Source of the DNA: Bacteroidota bacterium
GTDB taxonomy: Bacteria; Bacteroidota; Rhodothermia; Rhodothermales; UBA10348
Direction: 5' to 3'
Length of the DNA stretch: 64,000 nt
NCBI GenBank assembly: GCA_029262835.1
Contig: JAJCYQ010000011.1
Span: 1,907-65,906 of the forward strand
This document shows, one piece after another, positions 1 to 11,095 of the stretch. Below the pieces are notes generated by a model. It had not been told where the DNA came from and ran no database searches. It saw only the letters and a list, made by a program, of their open reading frames with translations. The first letter of the stretch is position 1. Every line of letters begins with the position of its first letter. A program made the translations under genes and the position numbers.

Positions 1-2757
1 GACGCCGCCCTGCGGATTCCCCGTACCGTCATCCTCGAACAGTTCGACATCGAACGTCAACAGATTGAAGGGCAATCCAACATACCATGACGTGACCGGA
101 TCATTGACGAACACATCGGCACCGTCGATCGGGTAACTCGGGGTTGGTGCGACGAGGAGGTCTGCTGTGCGGAAGGAAACCGTATCGGATATACTGGCCA
201 TACGGTCTGACTCGTCAAGGTCATGGATTTCCTGGGGCACCCATCCGGTAGGAGGAACTGGCCACATGCTGGACACGCGCCAGGCATATTCCGAGCTGAA
301 CAGAATGGGCGACGGCAGGTCAGTCGCCGCGAACTGCGTATCGGACGTGTACCCATCCACAAGCGCCGTGTCATCATCATTTTCGATGTCACCGCCCACG
401 ACCGACGGCGCGGCACCATTGAAGCCGGCAATCGTATTCGCATCGACGTCAAGCCGCCAGTACACCTGGTCGTTGGCCACTGCACCTACGTCCCAGGCAA
501 AATCAAATGCATTGACGTCGGCAATACTCCGGTCGCGGGGATGGTTGAGTTGCGGGAGCAGGGCATCGATCGTGGTGAACTCCCGCGTGTCCGTGAAAAT
601 GATGCCGCCGAGGCCCAGATCGGCCTCCAGGTTCCAGAAGTACTTCGTGCTGTTCTGGATCGGGATGCCATTGGCCATGTCAAAGGGATCGTCCACATCC
701 GTAATCAGGAAGTCGCCAACAATGCCGGGATCTCCCGTGAACACGGGACGCGAGTAGAAGGGCGACGACATGTCGGCATTCAGGCTCATATTGAGTGTCA
801 GCGCCGAGATGGGCGACGCCACGGGCCAGTTGTCGATGTCCCAATTGAAGTAGGGTTCAATTGAAATGCCACTCTCCGTGTTGAGCGGATACATGATGTC
901 GCCCGGGTATGTTGCGCCAGGGAAGGCATCCGGGTCCGAGAAGCGCATGCCCACCTGCTCGATCTCCGCGTATGTGACAGTCAATCCTGGGAGCGTCGAA
1001 AAGTCGTAAATACCATCCTCCGCTCCGGTTTCCGTCAAGTTGATGGTCATTGGGCCTACGAGGCCACTGATATCGATATCCAGCACGTCGGCAACAGGCT
1101 CATTCTCACCATCGACGAAGATATCGTACACGGAACTTGGCTGGATCTGAAACACGTCATCCCCAAGACCTCCGGAAATGGTGATGGATGCCAGGCCTGC
1201 CGTCACAAAATCCACCGATTCGGCCGTCACGGGAGTCGTAGAGATCAGGTCGCGTCCGGCACCTCCGCCGCCGCCCTCGACGAGCGTCACGTTGTCGTCC
1301 GTGGCCGCATACGTGAACGTCTTGCTGGCCGTTGGGATCAGGTCAATGATGGGCTCCAGTCCGGTGTATGTAACCGTGCTGGTGGTAGCCCCCGTTTCAA
1401 TGCCAATCGATCCATCATTTGCATTTACGGCAACAAAATTGATTTCGTCCGGCGCAGGTCCGCCCGTATTTTGCAACTGTATGGTGTCCCCTCCTCCGCT
1501 GTCAGGGCCCCCATCGAACGTAAAGTTTGGAACGTGCCCATCGGCCCATTCAACAATCAGTGTATCGTCCCCGTCCTCTCCGTTGATATCCAACGTTCCT
1601 GAGAATGGTGTCTGATCGTCAAGATCGGAAATCGTGATCACGTCGTTGTCAAGGCCGGCATCGACCTGCAGGACACCGGTAGGATCGACGTAGGCAGAGG
1701 TAAGGACATTGCCGGTAATGGAAAAGCCACTGAACCCGTCAGCCGGCACCGTCCCTTCATCAATAAAAATCTGATCGGCAGCACCCGTGCCGGTAAACAG
1801 CTTGCTGGTTGATACCAGCTGGTCGGTCAGCAACTCAAGATCCGCGAAGCTGATCGTGAACGACTGAAGGAGGTCGTCGGTCATTACAACCTCGCCTGCT
1901 GCATAGTCATGCTCTACACCTACCCATGTACGAGCGGGCGGCGTTCCAGATATATCCAGTTCGTCTGTCCCCGCACCGGGCAGAAGGTTCAGTCCCCCTG
2001 ACGGAATGGGCATGCCACCCGAAAAGTCAAAAGCATAGACCTCATCGAAGGCGGTCCCGTCGATGGTCACTCCCCCGTCAAGCGCACCCAACGGGGCACG
2101 AAAATAGTTTGCCGCGACGAAATCCGAACCCGACCTCGAAATACTGATGGTATCTCCGTCTTCAACAAATATGGTCGCGGCAACGTCCTGTTGGATGACG
2201 GTGGCCGTGTAGTCTTCTATTTCACCGTTGAAAGCCGAGTAGTCGGCGTCTGGACCCTGCTCTGTGGGCGTGGGAAGTGCAACGTCTGAAAAAATGACGC
2301 GAAAGAGCGTAGGGTTGATACCCGCCGCAATGGTCGCCAGATCAATGTCGATAACGTTGACGCCTGCCACTACGGCCAGGTTCTCTGTCACATGCTGCGC
2401 GTTTTCCGCGAGGTCGGCTGTTGCCGGGTTCCCATCCGTCTGAAAGACACTGTCATTGTTGTGATCTGCGAAAATATTCAGGAATCCGGGCTGACTGACC
2501 GTGATTTCAATGTAGACATCGGTACCCGTCATGAGCGTAGCCCGCTCGTTCATGCCTGCTTCCTGCGTGCCTGCATTGGGATCATTGGGCGTAACAGGCG
2601 CGGCCGCCCCGATGAAATGAACCCCGTCTATGCCGATCTGCCCGGTACCAACCGAGCCCTGATCCTGTGCGTGGGCACCAGACACCGCCAGAACGGCCGT
2701 GAGAAGGGCGACTGCTCCCAATCGTAGAAATGAATGCATTGCGTATCTGTCGCTCAT
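1..2757 (-). CDS. large secreted protein with N-terminal signal peptide and GEVED-type domain (3' end lies beyond the window)
   Basis: Minus-strand frame stays open to the left edge, so it is missing from the ORF track, which lists only complete ORFs. Hand translation from ATG 2757 (alternative ATG 2739) gives MSDRYAMHSFLRLGAVALLTAVLAVSGAHAQDQGS..., a signal peptide. Further on is ...PDADYSAFNGEIEDYTATV, a GEVED-like motif, followed by D/G/T-rich repeats such as GEDGDDTLIV. Confidence 0.75.
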   Translation of the reverse strand, partial: MSDRYAMHSFLRLGAVALLTAVLAVSGAHAQDQGSVGTGQIGIDGVHFIGAAAPVTPNDPNAGTQEAGMNERATLMTGTDVYIEITVSQPGFLNIFADHNNDSVFQTDGNPATADLAENAQHVTENLAVVAGVNVIDIDLATIAAGINPTLFRVIFSDVALPTPTEQGPDADYSAFNGEIEDYTATVIQQDVAATIFVEDGDTISISRSGSDFVAANYFRAPLGALDGGVTIDGTAFDEVYAFDFSGGMPIPSGGLNLLPGAGTDELDISGTPPARTWVGVEHDYAAGEVVMTDDLLQSFTISFADLELLTDQLVSTSKLFTGTGAADQIFIDEGTVPADGFSGFSITGNVLTSAYVDPTGVLQVDAGLDNDVITISDLDDQTPFSGTLDINGEDGDDTLIVEWADGHVPNFTFDGGPDSGGGDTIQLQNTGGPAPDEINFVAVNANDGSIGIETGATTSTVTYTGLEPIIDLIPTASKTFTYAATDDNVTLVEGGGGGAGRDLISTTPVTAESVDFVTAGLASITISGGLGDDVFQIQPSSVYDIFVDGENEPVADVLDIDISGLVGPMTINLTETGAEDGIYDFSTLPGLTVTYAEIEQVGMRFSDPDAFPGATYPGDIMYPLNTESGISIEPYFNWDIDNWPVASPISALTLNMSLNADMSSPFYSRPVFTGDPGIVGDFLITDVDDPFDMANGIPIQNSTKYFWNLEADLGLGGIIFTDTREFTTIDALLPQLNHPRDRSIADVNAFDFAWDVGAVANDQVYWRLDVDANTIAGFNGAAPSVVGGDIENDDDTALVDGYTSDTQFAATDLPSPILFSSEYAWRVSSMWPVPPTGWVPQEIHDLDESDRMASISDTVSFRTADLLVAPTPSYPIDGADVFVNDPVTSWYVGLPFNLLTFDVELFEDDGTGNPQGGV

Positions 2758-2998
2758 AATAGTCAGTGACGGTCGAAAAAAAGGTGTCATACGGAACCAC
2801 GTTTTGAGAACGCAGAAAACCGTCGGATTTGCGATTCCGTTCGAAAAAACATCGTAACGCCTCCGAATGGCCAGTGGGTGCCTGACAGTTTGATAATACG
2901 GTAAATAAAGCAATTTCAGGTCTTGACACCACGGATATGGAGAATTTCATGCAAGCGAAAAACGTAGTTTGGCCCCCCACCGAACCACATCTCGCATA

Positions 2999-4150
2999 AT
3001 GATCCTGATCCTCAAGCCCAATACAGACCCGGAAAGTGCCGAATGGGCGCAGCTCACGCGCCACCTGGACTCGCTCGGCGACATCACCTGGACACAGCAC
3101 GAAATCCAGGGAACCGAGCAGCGCCTGACCGAGATCTATCTGCTCGGCAACACGAAAGCGCTCAGCACAGGCACCATGCAGGGCCTGCCGTGCGTGGAGC
3201 GGGCGGTGCGCGTTCAGACGTCGTACCGAATTCTCGGACGACACGGGCACGAAGACCGCCAGAACGGCTTTACCTACAACGGCATCCGGTTCGACCAGGA
3301 TTCGCTGCACGTGTTCGCGGGACTCTGCGCTGTTGACACGAAGGAACATGTGGAGCAGATGATGCAGGCGCTGCAGGCGCACGGCCAGCAGACGACCCGC
3401 ATGGGCGCGTACAAGCCGCGAACGAGCCCATATTCGTTCCAGGGACACGGAGCGAACTGCCTCCCCTATGTCTTTGAACTCGCTGGCCGGTACGACATCA
3501 AAGTAATTGCCATGGAGGTCACGCACGAATCGCATGTCGAGGAGATCGATGCGGCGCTTGACGAGGCCGGTCGCCCAACAGGCGTCATGCTGCAGATCGG
3601 CACGCGGAACACGCAGAACTTCGAGCTGCTCAAGGCCGTCGGCCGGCAGCATACCCACCCGGTCCTCTTCAAGCGCGGTTTCGGTATCACACTCGACGAG
3701 TCGCTGAACGCGGCCGAATACCTGGCGAGCGAAGGCAATCCGAACGTCGTGTTCACGCTGCGGGGCGTAAAGACAAGTATGGGCGATCCGCACCGCAACC
3801 TGGTGGATTTCGCACATGTGCCGGTCGTCAAGCGCCTGACGCGCATGCCAGTGTGTATTGATCCGTCGCACTCGGTCGGTACGCGCGACGTCGCACCCGA
3901 TGGCCTTACCGATGTCATGCACGCGACGGCGCAGGGCGTCGTTGCGGGTGCCAATATGGTACTCGTCGATTTCCACCCGGTGCCGTCCAAAGCGCTTGTC
4001 GATGGCCCGCAGGCACTTACGATCCCTGAGCTCGGGTGGTACCTGGAAGATGTGGCTATTGCGCGCGAGGCCTATCTGAAGCGCCGCGAAGCCGCCCGGC
4101 GCTACGCGTCCGGGAGGACCGACGCTACCAATGAAACGGCATCTTCCTGA
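2999..4150 (+). CDS. aroF: 3-deoxy-7-phosphoheptulonate (DAHP) synthase, type I-beta with N-terminal regulatory domain
   Basis: [10 protein letters not shown]... ferredoxin/ACT-like N-domain, then a KDO8P/DAHP-synthase core ([38 protein letters not shown]). Start moved to ATG 2999 from the TTG at 2969 in the ORF track. Confidence 0.9.
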   Translation: MILILKPNTDPESAEWAQLTRHLDSLGDITWTQHEIQGTEQRLTEIYLLGNTKALSTGTMQGLPCVERAVRVQTSYRILGRHGHEDRQNGFTYNGIRFDQDSLHVFAGLCAVDTKEHVEQMMQALQAHGQQTTRMGAYKPRTSPYSFQGHGANCLPYVFELAGRYDIKVIAMEVTHESHVEEIDAALDEAGRPTGVMLQIGTRNTQNFELLKAVGRQHTHPVLFKRGFGITLDESLNAAEYLASEGNPNVVFTLRGVKTSMGDPHRNLVDFAHVPVVKRLTRMPVCIDPSHSVGTRDVAPDGLTDVMHATAQGVVAGANMVLVDFHPVPSKALVDGPQALTIPELGWYLEDVAIAREAYLKRREAARRYASGRTDATNETASS

Positions 4151-5733
4151 ATGGCGGCCAGGTGATCTTCTGAGCGGAAGCTCTCGGCGTAGATTTTGTA
4201 GATGTCTTCCGTACCCGATGGCCGCGCGGCAAACCAACCGTGCTCCGACTCCACCTTGAGGCCACCGATGGCCGCGTCATTGCCTGGCGCCCGCGTGAGC
4301 ACCCGCGTCACGGGGTCGCCCGCAAGCGACGTTCCCTGCACATCGTCGGCCGAGAGCGCCTTCAGGGCCTTCTTCTGCGCTGCCGTCGCCGGCGCATCGG
4401 TCCGGGCGTAGATGGGCGCACCGAACAGCTCCGTCAAGTGAGCATAGTGCTCCCCGGGATCCTTTCCGGTGACGGCCATGATCTCGGCCGCAAGCAGATT
4501 CATGATGATGCCGTCCTTGTCGGTTGACCAGGCCGACGCATCCATCGAAAGAAAACTCGCCCCGGCACTTTCTTCCCCGCCGAATCCGAGCGACCCATCC
4601 AGAAGCCCATCCACAAACCACTTGAAGCCCACCGGGACCTCGACCACGCGGCGACCGAGGCGGCTCGCCACGCGGTCAATCATGGAACTGGAGACGAGCG
4701 TCTTTCCGACGGCCGCGGCATCCGGCCACGCGGTGCGGTGCGTGAACAGGTAGTCGATAGCGACCGCCAGGTAATGGTTCGGGTTCATGAGGCCTGACGA
4801 GCGAGTCACTATACCATGCCGGTCGACGTCCGGGTCATTGCCGAAGGCCAGATCAAACCGGTCGGCGAGTTCGACGAGCCCTGCCATGGCCCAGGGCGAG
4901 GAGCAGTCCATACGGATTTTACCGTCATGATCGAGCCGCATGAAGGAGAACGCAGGATCTATTCTTTCCTGGACCACATCCACGCGGACTCCGTAGGTTT
5001 CGGAAATCAAATCCCAGTATCCGACAGCCGCGCCGCCCATGGGATCTACGCCGAGGTGCAGATCGGCGCTCCGTATGGCCTCCATGTCAACCACGCGGCC
5101 GAGCTCGGCGACATAGGCGGCCCGCAGGTCGCGCTCTTCGGCCGCCTGTCGTGCAGCGCGGAGGGCGGCGCGGGGCACCGTGTCTGCTGCCCCCATAAGT
5201 TCGTTCGCCCGCGCCTCCACCACCGACGTGACATCGGACCCGGCCGGGCCGCCGCTCGGTGGATTGTATTTGATGCCGCCGTCTTCGGGCGGATTGTGGG
5301 AGGGCGTAATAATGAGGCCGTCGGCGCGGGCTGACCCGCGCGCCGCGAGGTTGTGCCGGAGTATGGCCCGCGAAATCACCGGAGTGGGGACAGGAAGCCC
5401 CCCCGACTGCACGACGACGTGGACGCCCCGCGCCGCCAGGACCTCAAGCGCCGTACCAAGCGCCGGCTCGCTGAGCGCATGGGTATCGGCGCCCAGGAAC
5501 AGCGGGCCCCGAATGCCCTCACCCTCCCGCCAATCGCATACCGCGCTCACAATGGCTATGATGTGCGCCTCGTTGAATGTGCCGTCCAGGGACGTTCCGC
5601 GGTGGCCGGATGTGCCAAAGGCTACTGGGCCGCAGGCGTCGGCCGGTGTGGTGTGATAGCTCGATACGAGCCGCGGGATATCTGCCAGCATGTCGGTCGT
5701 GGCCGACCTCCCGGCATCAGGATGGTGAGGCAT
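4102..5733 (-). CDS. pgm: phosphoglucomutase, alpha-D-glucose phosphate-specific
   Basis: 543 aa. Active-site loop [18 protein letters not shown], full-length similarity to E. coli-type Pgm. Confidence 0.92.
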   Translation of the reverse strand: MPHHPDAGRSATTDMLADIPRLVSSYHTTPADACGPVAFGTSGHRGTSLDGTFNEAHIIAIVSAVCDWREGEGIRGPLFLGADTHALSEPALGTALEVLAARGVHVVVQSGGLPVPTPVISRAILRHNLAARGSARADGLIITPSHNPPEDGGIKYNPPSGGPAGSDVTSVVEARANELMGAADTVPRAALRAARQAAEERDLRAAYVAELGRVVDMEAIRSADLHLGVDPMGGAAVGYWDLISETYGVRVDVVQERIDPAFSFMRLDHDGKIRMDCSSPWAMAGLVELADRFDLAFGNDPDVDRHGIVTRSSGLMNPNHYLAVAIDYLFTHRTAWPDAAAVGKTLVSSSMIDRVASRLGRRVVEVPVGFKWFVDGLLDGSLGFGGEESAGASFLSMDASAWSTDKDGIIMNLLAAEIMAVTGKDPGEHYAHLTELFGAPIYARTDAPATAAQKKALKALSADDVQGTSLAGDPVTRVLTRAPGNDAAIGGLKVESEHGWFAARPSGTEDIYKIYAESFRSEDHLAAIQEDAVSLVASVLPDA

Positions 5734-5810
5734 ACGTCAGATTTGAATTTGGTGGGCATTCAAATCTAATGGTATTGTAGATTGCACGGGTAACCAAACA
5801 GTGATAGAGC

Positions 5811-6566
5811 GTGGAAATACTGGGAATTGACATCGGCGGCACGGGAATCAAGGGCGCACTCGTCGACACGGACACGGGAAAACTCACCACAGAGCGTTTT
5901 CGGGTCGATACGCCGCCCGAGGCCACGCCCGATGCCGTTGCCCAGGTCGCGAGGCAGATTACCCGTCACTTTAACTGGCAGGGCCTGCTGGGGTGTACCA
6001 TACCGGCTCGCGTGGAGCACGGCATGGTCCACACGGCGGCCAACATCCACCAGGACTGGATAGAAACCCGGGTAGATGCGCTGATCAGTGACGCGACCGG
6101 GTGCGAAACGCACTGCCTCAACGATGCTGACGCGGCGGGTGTGGCCTCCGTCGCGTTCGGCGCAGGCCGTGGCCGCATGGGTGTTGTATTCTTCGTCACC
6201 GTCGGGACGGGCATCGGCTCGGCCCTCTTCACCGATCAGCACCTGGTCCCGAATACGGAACTCGGCCATCTGCCGCTACGAGGCGGCGCCGCCGAAGATT
6301 GGGCATCGAACCGGGTCCGCAAGGAGGAGAACCTCTCGTGGGAGGAATGGGCGAGCCGCTTCCAGGAATACCTGGACCTCGTGGAATTCCTGTTTGCGCC
6401 GGACACAATAATCGTAGGTGGCGGCGTCTCGCGCCCGGCCAAAGTCAGTCTCTACCGCCACTGCCTCCATACGAAGGCCGAACTCGTGATTGCCGAACTC
6501 GAAAACGAGGCTGGAATCATCGGCGCGGCGCTGTCCGCGCGTCAGTCGCGCGTGACCCGCACCTGA
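5811..6566 (+). CDS. ppgK: polyphosphate/ATP glucokinase, ROK family
   Basis: GTG start. [15 protein letters not shown]-binding motif, [17 protein letters not shown], about 250 aa as for PpgK. Confidence 0.85.
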   Translation: MEILGIDIGGTGIKGALVDTDTGKLTTERFRVDTPPEATPDAVAQVARQITRHFNWQGLLGCTIPARVEHGMVHTAANIHQDWIETRVDALISDATGCETHCLNDADAAGVASVAFGAGRGRMGVVFFVTVGTGIGSALFTDQHLVPNTELGHLPLRGGAAEDWASNRVRKEENLSWEEWASRFQEYLDLVEFLFAPDTIIVGGGVSRPAKVSLYRHCLHTKAELVIAELENEAGIIGAALSARQSRVTRT

Positions 6567-7114
6567 TCGGGTACGACGAGAAGCCTGGGGAAGCGGCGCT
6601 CCATGGCGCCACGCAGCGTCGTTGCTTCGGCCCGCGTTCGAAAGTCACCCACACGTACGCGGTAGTAGGGCGAAGCAAACACGGTGCGCGCCACTTCCTG
6701 CTGCCCGCTCCGGGCAAGGCCGAGCTCCGCGCGCCGCTCCTCGTCAAGACCCTCGATCCACTCCTCGACAGCGTCCTGCATGATCAGGGCTTCATTTCGA
6801 TCGATGGATGAGAACACCTGTACGCGGTAGCCGGGTACTTCCTCCACAATGCCATCGTCCGCGCGGCTCTCCAGGAGTTGCCGCGGAACGTCGTGTGTCA
6901 CCACCCCGGTCCGTACAGGCGGGGTCACATCCCTGCCGGAAAGATCGGCTGTTTCAACATCGGCCCACGCAGCCGGCACCGGGGCCTCAGGCGTGCCCTC
7001 GTCGGTGGCTATTCGTGGCCCGGAGGAACACCCCGCGCCCACGAGCATCAGCCCGAATATCAGACAGACCACACCTTGCGGCCATCCTTGGCCTGTAGCA
7101 ATGCGTTGCATCAA
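6542..7114 (-). CDS. SPOR-domain lipoprotein
   Basis: Lipobox LMLVGAGC. C-terminal YRVQVFSS...[15 protein letters not shown] is typical of SPOR repeats. Start overlaps the deoC stop by 4 nt. Confidence 0.75.
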   Translation of the reverse strand: MMQRIATGQGWPQGVVCLIFGLMLVGAGCSSGPRIATDEGTPEAPVPAAWADVETADLSGRDVTPPVRTGVVTHDVPRQLLESRADDGIVEEVPGYRVQVFSSIDRNEALIMQDAVEEWIEGLDEERRAELGLARSGQQEVARTVFASPYYRVRVGDFRTRAEATTLRGAMERRFPRLLVVPDQVRVTRD

Positions 7115-7998
7115 TATGTTCCTTTTCCTTTTTCTCCCTGCATGATAGCCACCGATGCACTGGCACCAATCCGCGTCGCACCGTGCGCGAGCATGGTCTC
7201 TGCGTCCTCGCGTGAGCGCACGCCACCCGATGCCTTGACGCCCATCCCTGGCCCCACAGCACGGCGCATGAGCGCCACGTCGGCGGCCGTCGCCCCACCT
7301 TTTGAAAACCCGGTGGATGTCTTCACGTAGTCGGCTCCCGCATTCTTTGCCAGCACACTGGCAATTACTTTTTCCTCATCCGTCAACAACGCCGTTTCCA
7401 GAATGACCTTTACGAGCACACGCTCGGGACCTGGGAAAGCGTTCGATGCGGCGCGTGCTGCGTCGACCACGCCGCGGATATCATTCTCCACGTAGTCGTA
7501 TTTCCCGGATTTGATCATGCCCACATTGATCACCATATCCACTTCCGTAGCGCCGTCGTGGACCGCTTCCGTCGCCTCGGTGGCCTTCACCCTGGATGCT
7601 GAGGCGCCGAGAGGGAATCCGATCACCGTGCAGACAGCGACGCCCGAGCCGGCAAGAAGACGGGCCGCCTTTCGGACATAACATGGGTTTACACACACGC
7701 TGGCAAAACAGTACGTGCGCGCTTCCTCACAGAGTGCGTCTATATCCCCGTCTGTCGTCTCGGGTTTGAGCGCCGTGTGGTCAATGGCGCGGGCCAGCGC
7801 CGGCGCCAGATCACAGGCCGACCAGCCCCGGACACCGGCCCTGTCCGAATGGAGACCAAGGCGATCGGCGCCCGCCGACATGACGTGCCCGAGTCCTTCC
7901 TGACCGGCCATTGTCGCCTGCTGCCCCAACTGGCCGAACTCGTGGGCATAGCGCCGACGCAGCCTGTCAAGGATTTGCTCTTTCTCTTCCTTCTTCAT
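7111..7998 (-). CDS. deoC: deoxyribose-phosphate aldolase with ~75-aa N-terminal extension
   Basis: [39 protein letters not shown] (Schiff-base Lys), VKASGGVR. Start is ambiguous: ATG 7998 (MKKEEKEQ) or ATG 8025. Confidence 0.88.
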   Translation of the reverse strand: MKKEEKEQILDRLRRRYAHEFGQLGQQATMAGQEGLGHVMSAGADRLGLHSDRAGVRGWSACDLAPALARAIDHTALKPETTDGDIDALCEEARTYCFASVCVNPCYVRKAARLLAGSGVAVCTVIGFPLGASASRVKATEATEAVHDGATEVDMVINVGMIKSGKYDYVENDIRGVVDAARAASNAFPGPERVLVKVILETALLTDEEKVIASVLAKNAGADYVKTSTGFSKGGATAADVALMRRAVGPGMGVKASGGVRSREDAETMLAHGATRIGASASVAIMQGEKGKGTY

Positions 7999-8061
7999 GC
8001 AGGCAAGATACGCCGGATGATACAAATGGGTGCGCTATCTTCCGGGCGCATACCATTCACC

Positions 8062-9090
8062 ATGTCACTGCGCTCCGACCATATCGTCCCTCTCCTGCCC
8101 AGCCATCCGGCTGGCGCGTGGCTGTGCGCGCTCCTCCTGGGCGCCGCCATATGGACCGGGTGTGGATCCGGGCAAAAAACGGATCGCGCGCCACGGGCCG
8201 ACAGCACCCGGGCGGAACGCGCCCCCCAGTCCGACAGCACCTGGGCGGCTTCGGCGCGCGACACCACGCTCACAGACGCACTCGGCCGCGAGGTAACCCT
8301 TCGCGTGCCCGTTCTGGGGCTCGCTCCGCTCGCCCCGAGCGTAACCGAAACCATCGCGCTTGTGGCTGGCACGAAGGCTCTCGTGGGCGTAACCGACGCT
8401 GACACCTGGCCGCCCGCAATTGCCCACCTGCCCACTTACCAGGTCCTGCCGGTCGACTTTGAACAGATTGCCCTGCTTCGCCCCGACCTTGTGCTGGCCT
8501 CGACCCAGGTCAACGCGCCGCGCGACGCCCGCGCTTTTGAGGCACTTGGCATCCCGGTTATCTACCTCGCAGGTGCCAACCTCGAAGATGTGCTCGGCAG
8601 CGTGCGCCTGGTCGGCGAACTCACGGGACGCACAGGGCGGGCCCGCACCGTCACGGACAGCCTGCAGGCCCGCCTGCGGGCGCTTACCGACAAGACCCGG
8701 GTGCTGGAGTCGCAGCCCAATGCCGTCTTCCTGATATCAACCGGCACACCGTGGTCGTTTGGTCCGGAGAGCTATATGCACGAGGTCATGTCATGGGCTG
8801 GACTTGCATCCATCACCCGCTCATTTCCGAACGAAGCCCCGGTTCTGACCGACGAGTTCCTGATAGAGCGCGCTCCGGAGGTCATCGTAGGGCCCTTCGA
8901 CAGCGACGTTGACGCCCGCGCCGAGATTCTGGCGGCGCATCCGCTCTGGCGTACGGTCCCCGCGGTGCACAACGGCCGAGTCATCAGTGTCCCTGCCGAC
9001 CTCGTCCTGCGCCCCGGGCCCCGCATGATCGAGGGAGCCTGGGTCATGGCACGAGGCGCGCATCCACAACTATTCGAGCAGCAGCCATGA
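8062..9090 (+). CDS. ABC transporter periplasmic binding lipoprotein, BtuF/FecB (class 8) type
   Basis: Lipobox AIWTGC. Pattern of cobalamin/iron-siderophore binding proteins (LAPSVTETIALVAG..., PDLVLAS, PGPRMIEG). Start set at ATG 8062. The upstream part of the ORF track entry is antisense to deoC. Confidence 0.8.
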   Translation: MSLRSDHIVPLLPSHPAGAWLCALLLGAAIWTGCGSGQKTDRAPRADSTRAERAPQSDSTWAASARDTTLTDALGREVTLRVPVLGLAPLAPSVTETIALVAGTKALVGVTDADTWPPAIAHLPTYQVLPVDFEQIALLRPDLVLASTQVNAPRDARAFEALGIPVIYLAGANLEDVLGSVRLVGELTGRTGRARTVTDSLQARLRALTDKTRVLESQPNAVFLISTGTPWSFGPESYMHEVMSWAGLASITRSFPNEAPVLTDEFLIERAPEVIVGPFDSDVDARAEILAAHPLWRTVPAVHNGRVISVPADLVLRPGPRMIEGAWVMARGAHPQLFEQQP

Positions 9091-10106
9091 CGCGACGTGC
9101 CTGGTCATTCGCTCTGCTTGGCGCAGCCAGCCTGCTGACGTTTGTCTTCGGGCTGACAGTCGGTACGGCCGACGTAGGGCTGGCGGCGCTGGCCGATCTC
9201 GTCGCGGGTCGGGAGACACTTTCCGAGGCTGAGCGGCTGATTCTGCTCGAATCGCGGCTGCCCCGCGTGCTGGGTGCATGGATAACCGGTGCGGGCCTTT
9301 CCATCGTCGGCGTTGCCATGCAGGCGCTCGTGCGCAACCCGCTGGCGGAACCATATATACTGGGCATTTCGGGTGGGGCGTCGGCGGGGGCATCGCTATT
9401 TTACATGGGACTGCTGCCGAGCCTGTTCCTGGGAGCACTGAGCGTCTCGATTGCGGCCTTTCTCGGAGCGCTGGCTACGATCTTGCTCGTTTATGCCGTC
9501 GCCAGGACGCGGGATGGCCTGTCCGTCACGCGGTTGCTCCTGGCCGGAGTGGCGCTGGCCTCGCTGACCGGTGCCCTGTCTTCGTTCGTATCCTTCGCAT
9601 CGCCCGACGCCAACAGGCTGCGCGCGGTACTGTTCTGGCTGTTGGGTTCATTCTCTGGACTGACCCTGTCGGATTTGCCGATTGCCACGGTGGCATCTGT
9701 CCTCGGTCTCGGTATTCTCATGGTTTTCTCGCGGTCCCTCGACGCCCTCCTGCTGGGCGAGGAACCGGCCGCCACACTCGGTATCCCGGTCGAGCGAATG
9801 AAGCACGTACTCATCGTGCTGGCTGCCCTTGTGACGGGTACACTGGTGGCCATATCGGGCGCCATTGGATTCGTGGGACTTATTGTGCCCCACGTCGTTC
9901 GGGGATTCACAGGCGTCTCACACAGGTATGTTGTACCGGCGGCGTTCCTGGGTGGTGGGCTGTTTCTCGTGGCGGCCGACACGCTGGCTCGCAGTGTGCT
10001 GCCCGGCCAGGAAATCCCGGTTGGTATTGTATCATCGATGGCCGGCGTACCATTTTTCCTCGTGCTGCTCAGACGGCAGTCCTGGCGCTTCAAAAACCTG
10101 TCCTGA
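9087..10106 (+). CDS. FecCD-family ABC transporter permease (iron-chelate/B12 type)
   Basis: 339 aa, ~9 TM. SRLPRVLGAWITGAGLSIVGVAMQALVRNPLAEPYILGISGGAS is the FecCD signature region. ATGA overlap with the binding-protein gene. Confidence 0.9.
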   Translation: MTRRAWSFALLGAASLLTFVFGLTVGTADVGLAALADLVAGRETLSEAERLILLESRLPRVLGAWITGAGLSIVGVAMQALVRNPLAEPYILGISGGASAGASLFYMGLLPSLFLGALSVSIAAFLGALATILLVYAVARTRDGLSVTRLLLAGVALASLTGALSSFVSFASPDANRLRAVLFWLLGSFSGLTLSDLPIATVASVLGLGILMVFSRSLDALLLGEEPAATLGIPVERMKHVLIVLAALVTGTLVAISGAIGFVGLIVPHVVRGFTGVSHRYVVPAAFLGGGLFLVAADTLARSVLPGQEIPVGIVSSMAGVPFFLVLLRRQSWRFKNLS

Positions 10107-10126
10107 GGGCCGGAGTATACCCGCGC

Positions 10127-11095
10127 ATGACACTGAAAGACATCCAAAAACCGGTCGCGGAAGAACTGGAAGCGTTCCGATCGTACTTCCGGTCGGCCAT
10201 GCGTTCAGACGTTCGCATTCTCGACCTGATTGTGCGTTACCTGCTGCGGAAAAAGGGCAAACAGTTGCGACCTACGCTCGTCCTGCTCTCGGCCCGGGCC
10301 TGCGGCGAGGTGGCGGACGCCACGTATCAGGGAGCGGCACTCGTGGAATTGCTGCACACGGCCACCCTGGTGCACGATGATGTGGTTGACGACGCGGATC
10401 GCCGCCGCGGTATTTTTTCTATCAATGCCCTGTGGAAAAACAAAATTGCCGTGCTCATGGGCGATTTTCTGTTGAGCCGGGGGCTGCTTCTGGCGCTCGA
10501 TGCCCGCGAGTATGATCTGCTGCATGTAGTCTCTGATGCCGTCAGGCGCATGAGTGAAGGAGAGCTACTGCAGATCGAGAAGTCCCGCAAACTCGATATC
10601 GACGAGGAAACCTACTTTCGCATTATTTCTGACAAGACCGCCTCGCTGCTGTCGGCCTGCACGCGGTGCGGTGCGGTAAGTGTTCGTGCCAGCACGGAGA
10701 CCATCGAGGTCATGAGCCGTTTCGGCGAACAACTCGGGCTGGCCTTCCAGATCCGTGACGACCTGTTTGATTTCGGGCAGACTGATGTCGGCAAGCCACT
10801 CGGAATTGATATCCGGGAGAAAAAAATGACGCTCCCGCTTATTCATGCCCTCCGGGAAGCACCCGCGAAAGAGCGACGTCGGATGCTCGGACTGGTTGGC
10901 AGGTCGGAGAAATCAAATGGTGACGTCGCCGATGTGGCCGCCTTTGTGGCCGCCTACGGAGGACTTGACTACGCGCGCGAACGCATGCACTTTCACGCGG
11001 AAGCGGCGCGCCGCGAGCTGGACGCTCTCCCGCCGGGCGATGCCCGCACAGCGCTCGACAACCTGGTGCAGTTCACCGTCTCAAGAACGCGATAG
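10127..11095 (+). CDS. polyprenyl diphosphate synthase (trans-IPPS, IspB-like)
   Basis: First DDxxD (LVHDDVVDDADRRRG) and second DDxxD (FQIRDDLFD) motifs. Start at ATG 10127. The upstream 283 codons of the ORF track entry overlap the permease in another frame. Confidence 0.9.
   Translation: MTLKDIQKPVAEELEAFRSYFRSAMRSDVRILDLIVRYLLRKKGKQLRPTLVLLSARACGEVADATYQGAALVELLHTATLVHDDVVDDADRRRGIFSINALWKNKIAVLMGDFLLSRGLLLALDAREYDLLHVVSDAVRRMSEGELLQIEKSRKLDIDEETYFRIISDKTASLLSACTRCGAVSVRASTETIEVMSRFGEQLGLAFQIRDDLFDFGQTDVGKPLGIDIREKKMTLPLIHALREAPAKERRRMLGLVGRSEKSNGDVADVAAFVAAYGGLDYARERMHFHAEAARRELDALPPGDARTALDNLVQFTVSRTR

Noticed and set aside
2582-4237. 551-aa minus-strand ORF covering the whole aroF gene
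   Set aside because: It is antisense to a DAHP synthase with clear family motifs. Its translation is Arg/Ala/Gly-rich and low in complexity, as expected for an open antisense frame in GC-rich DNA, and no motif was recognised.
7777-8061. N-terminal extensions in the ORF track, e.g. 7777-8061, 9278-10126, 18512-18667, 20630..21520 upstream part, 51014..52753 upstream part, 52386-52589
   Set aside because: The track extends to the most upstream ATG/GTG/TTG. In each case an internal ATG marks where family homology, a signal peptide or a start/stop overlap with the neighbouring gene begins. The extension also overlaps another well-supported gene.
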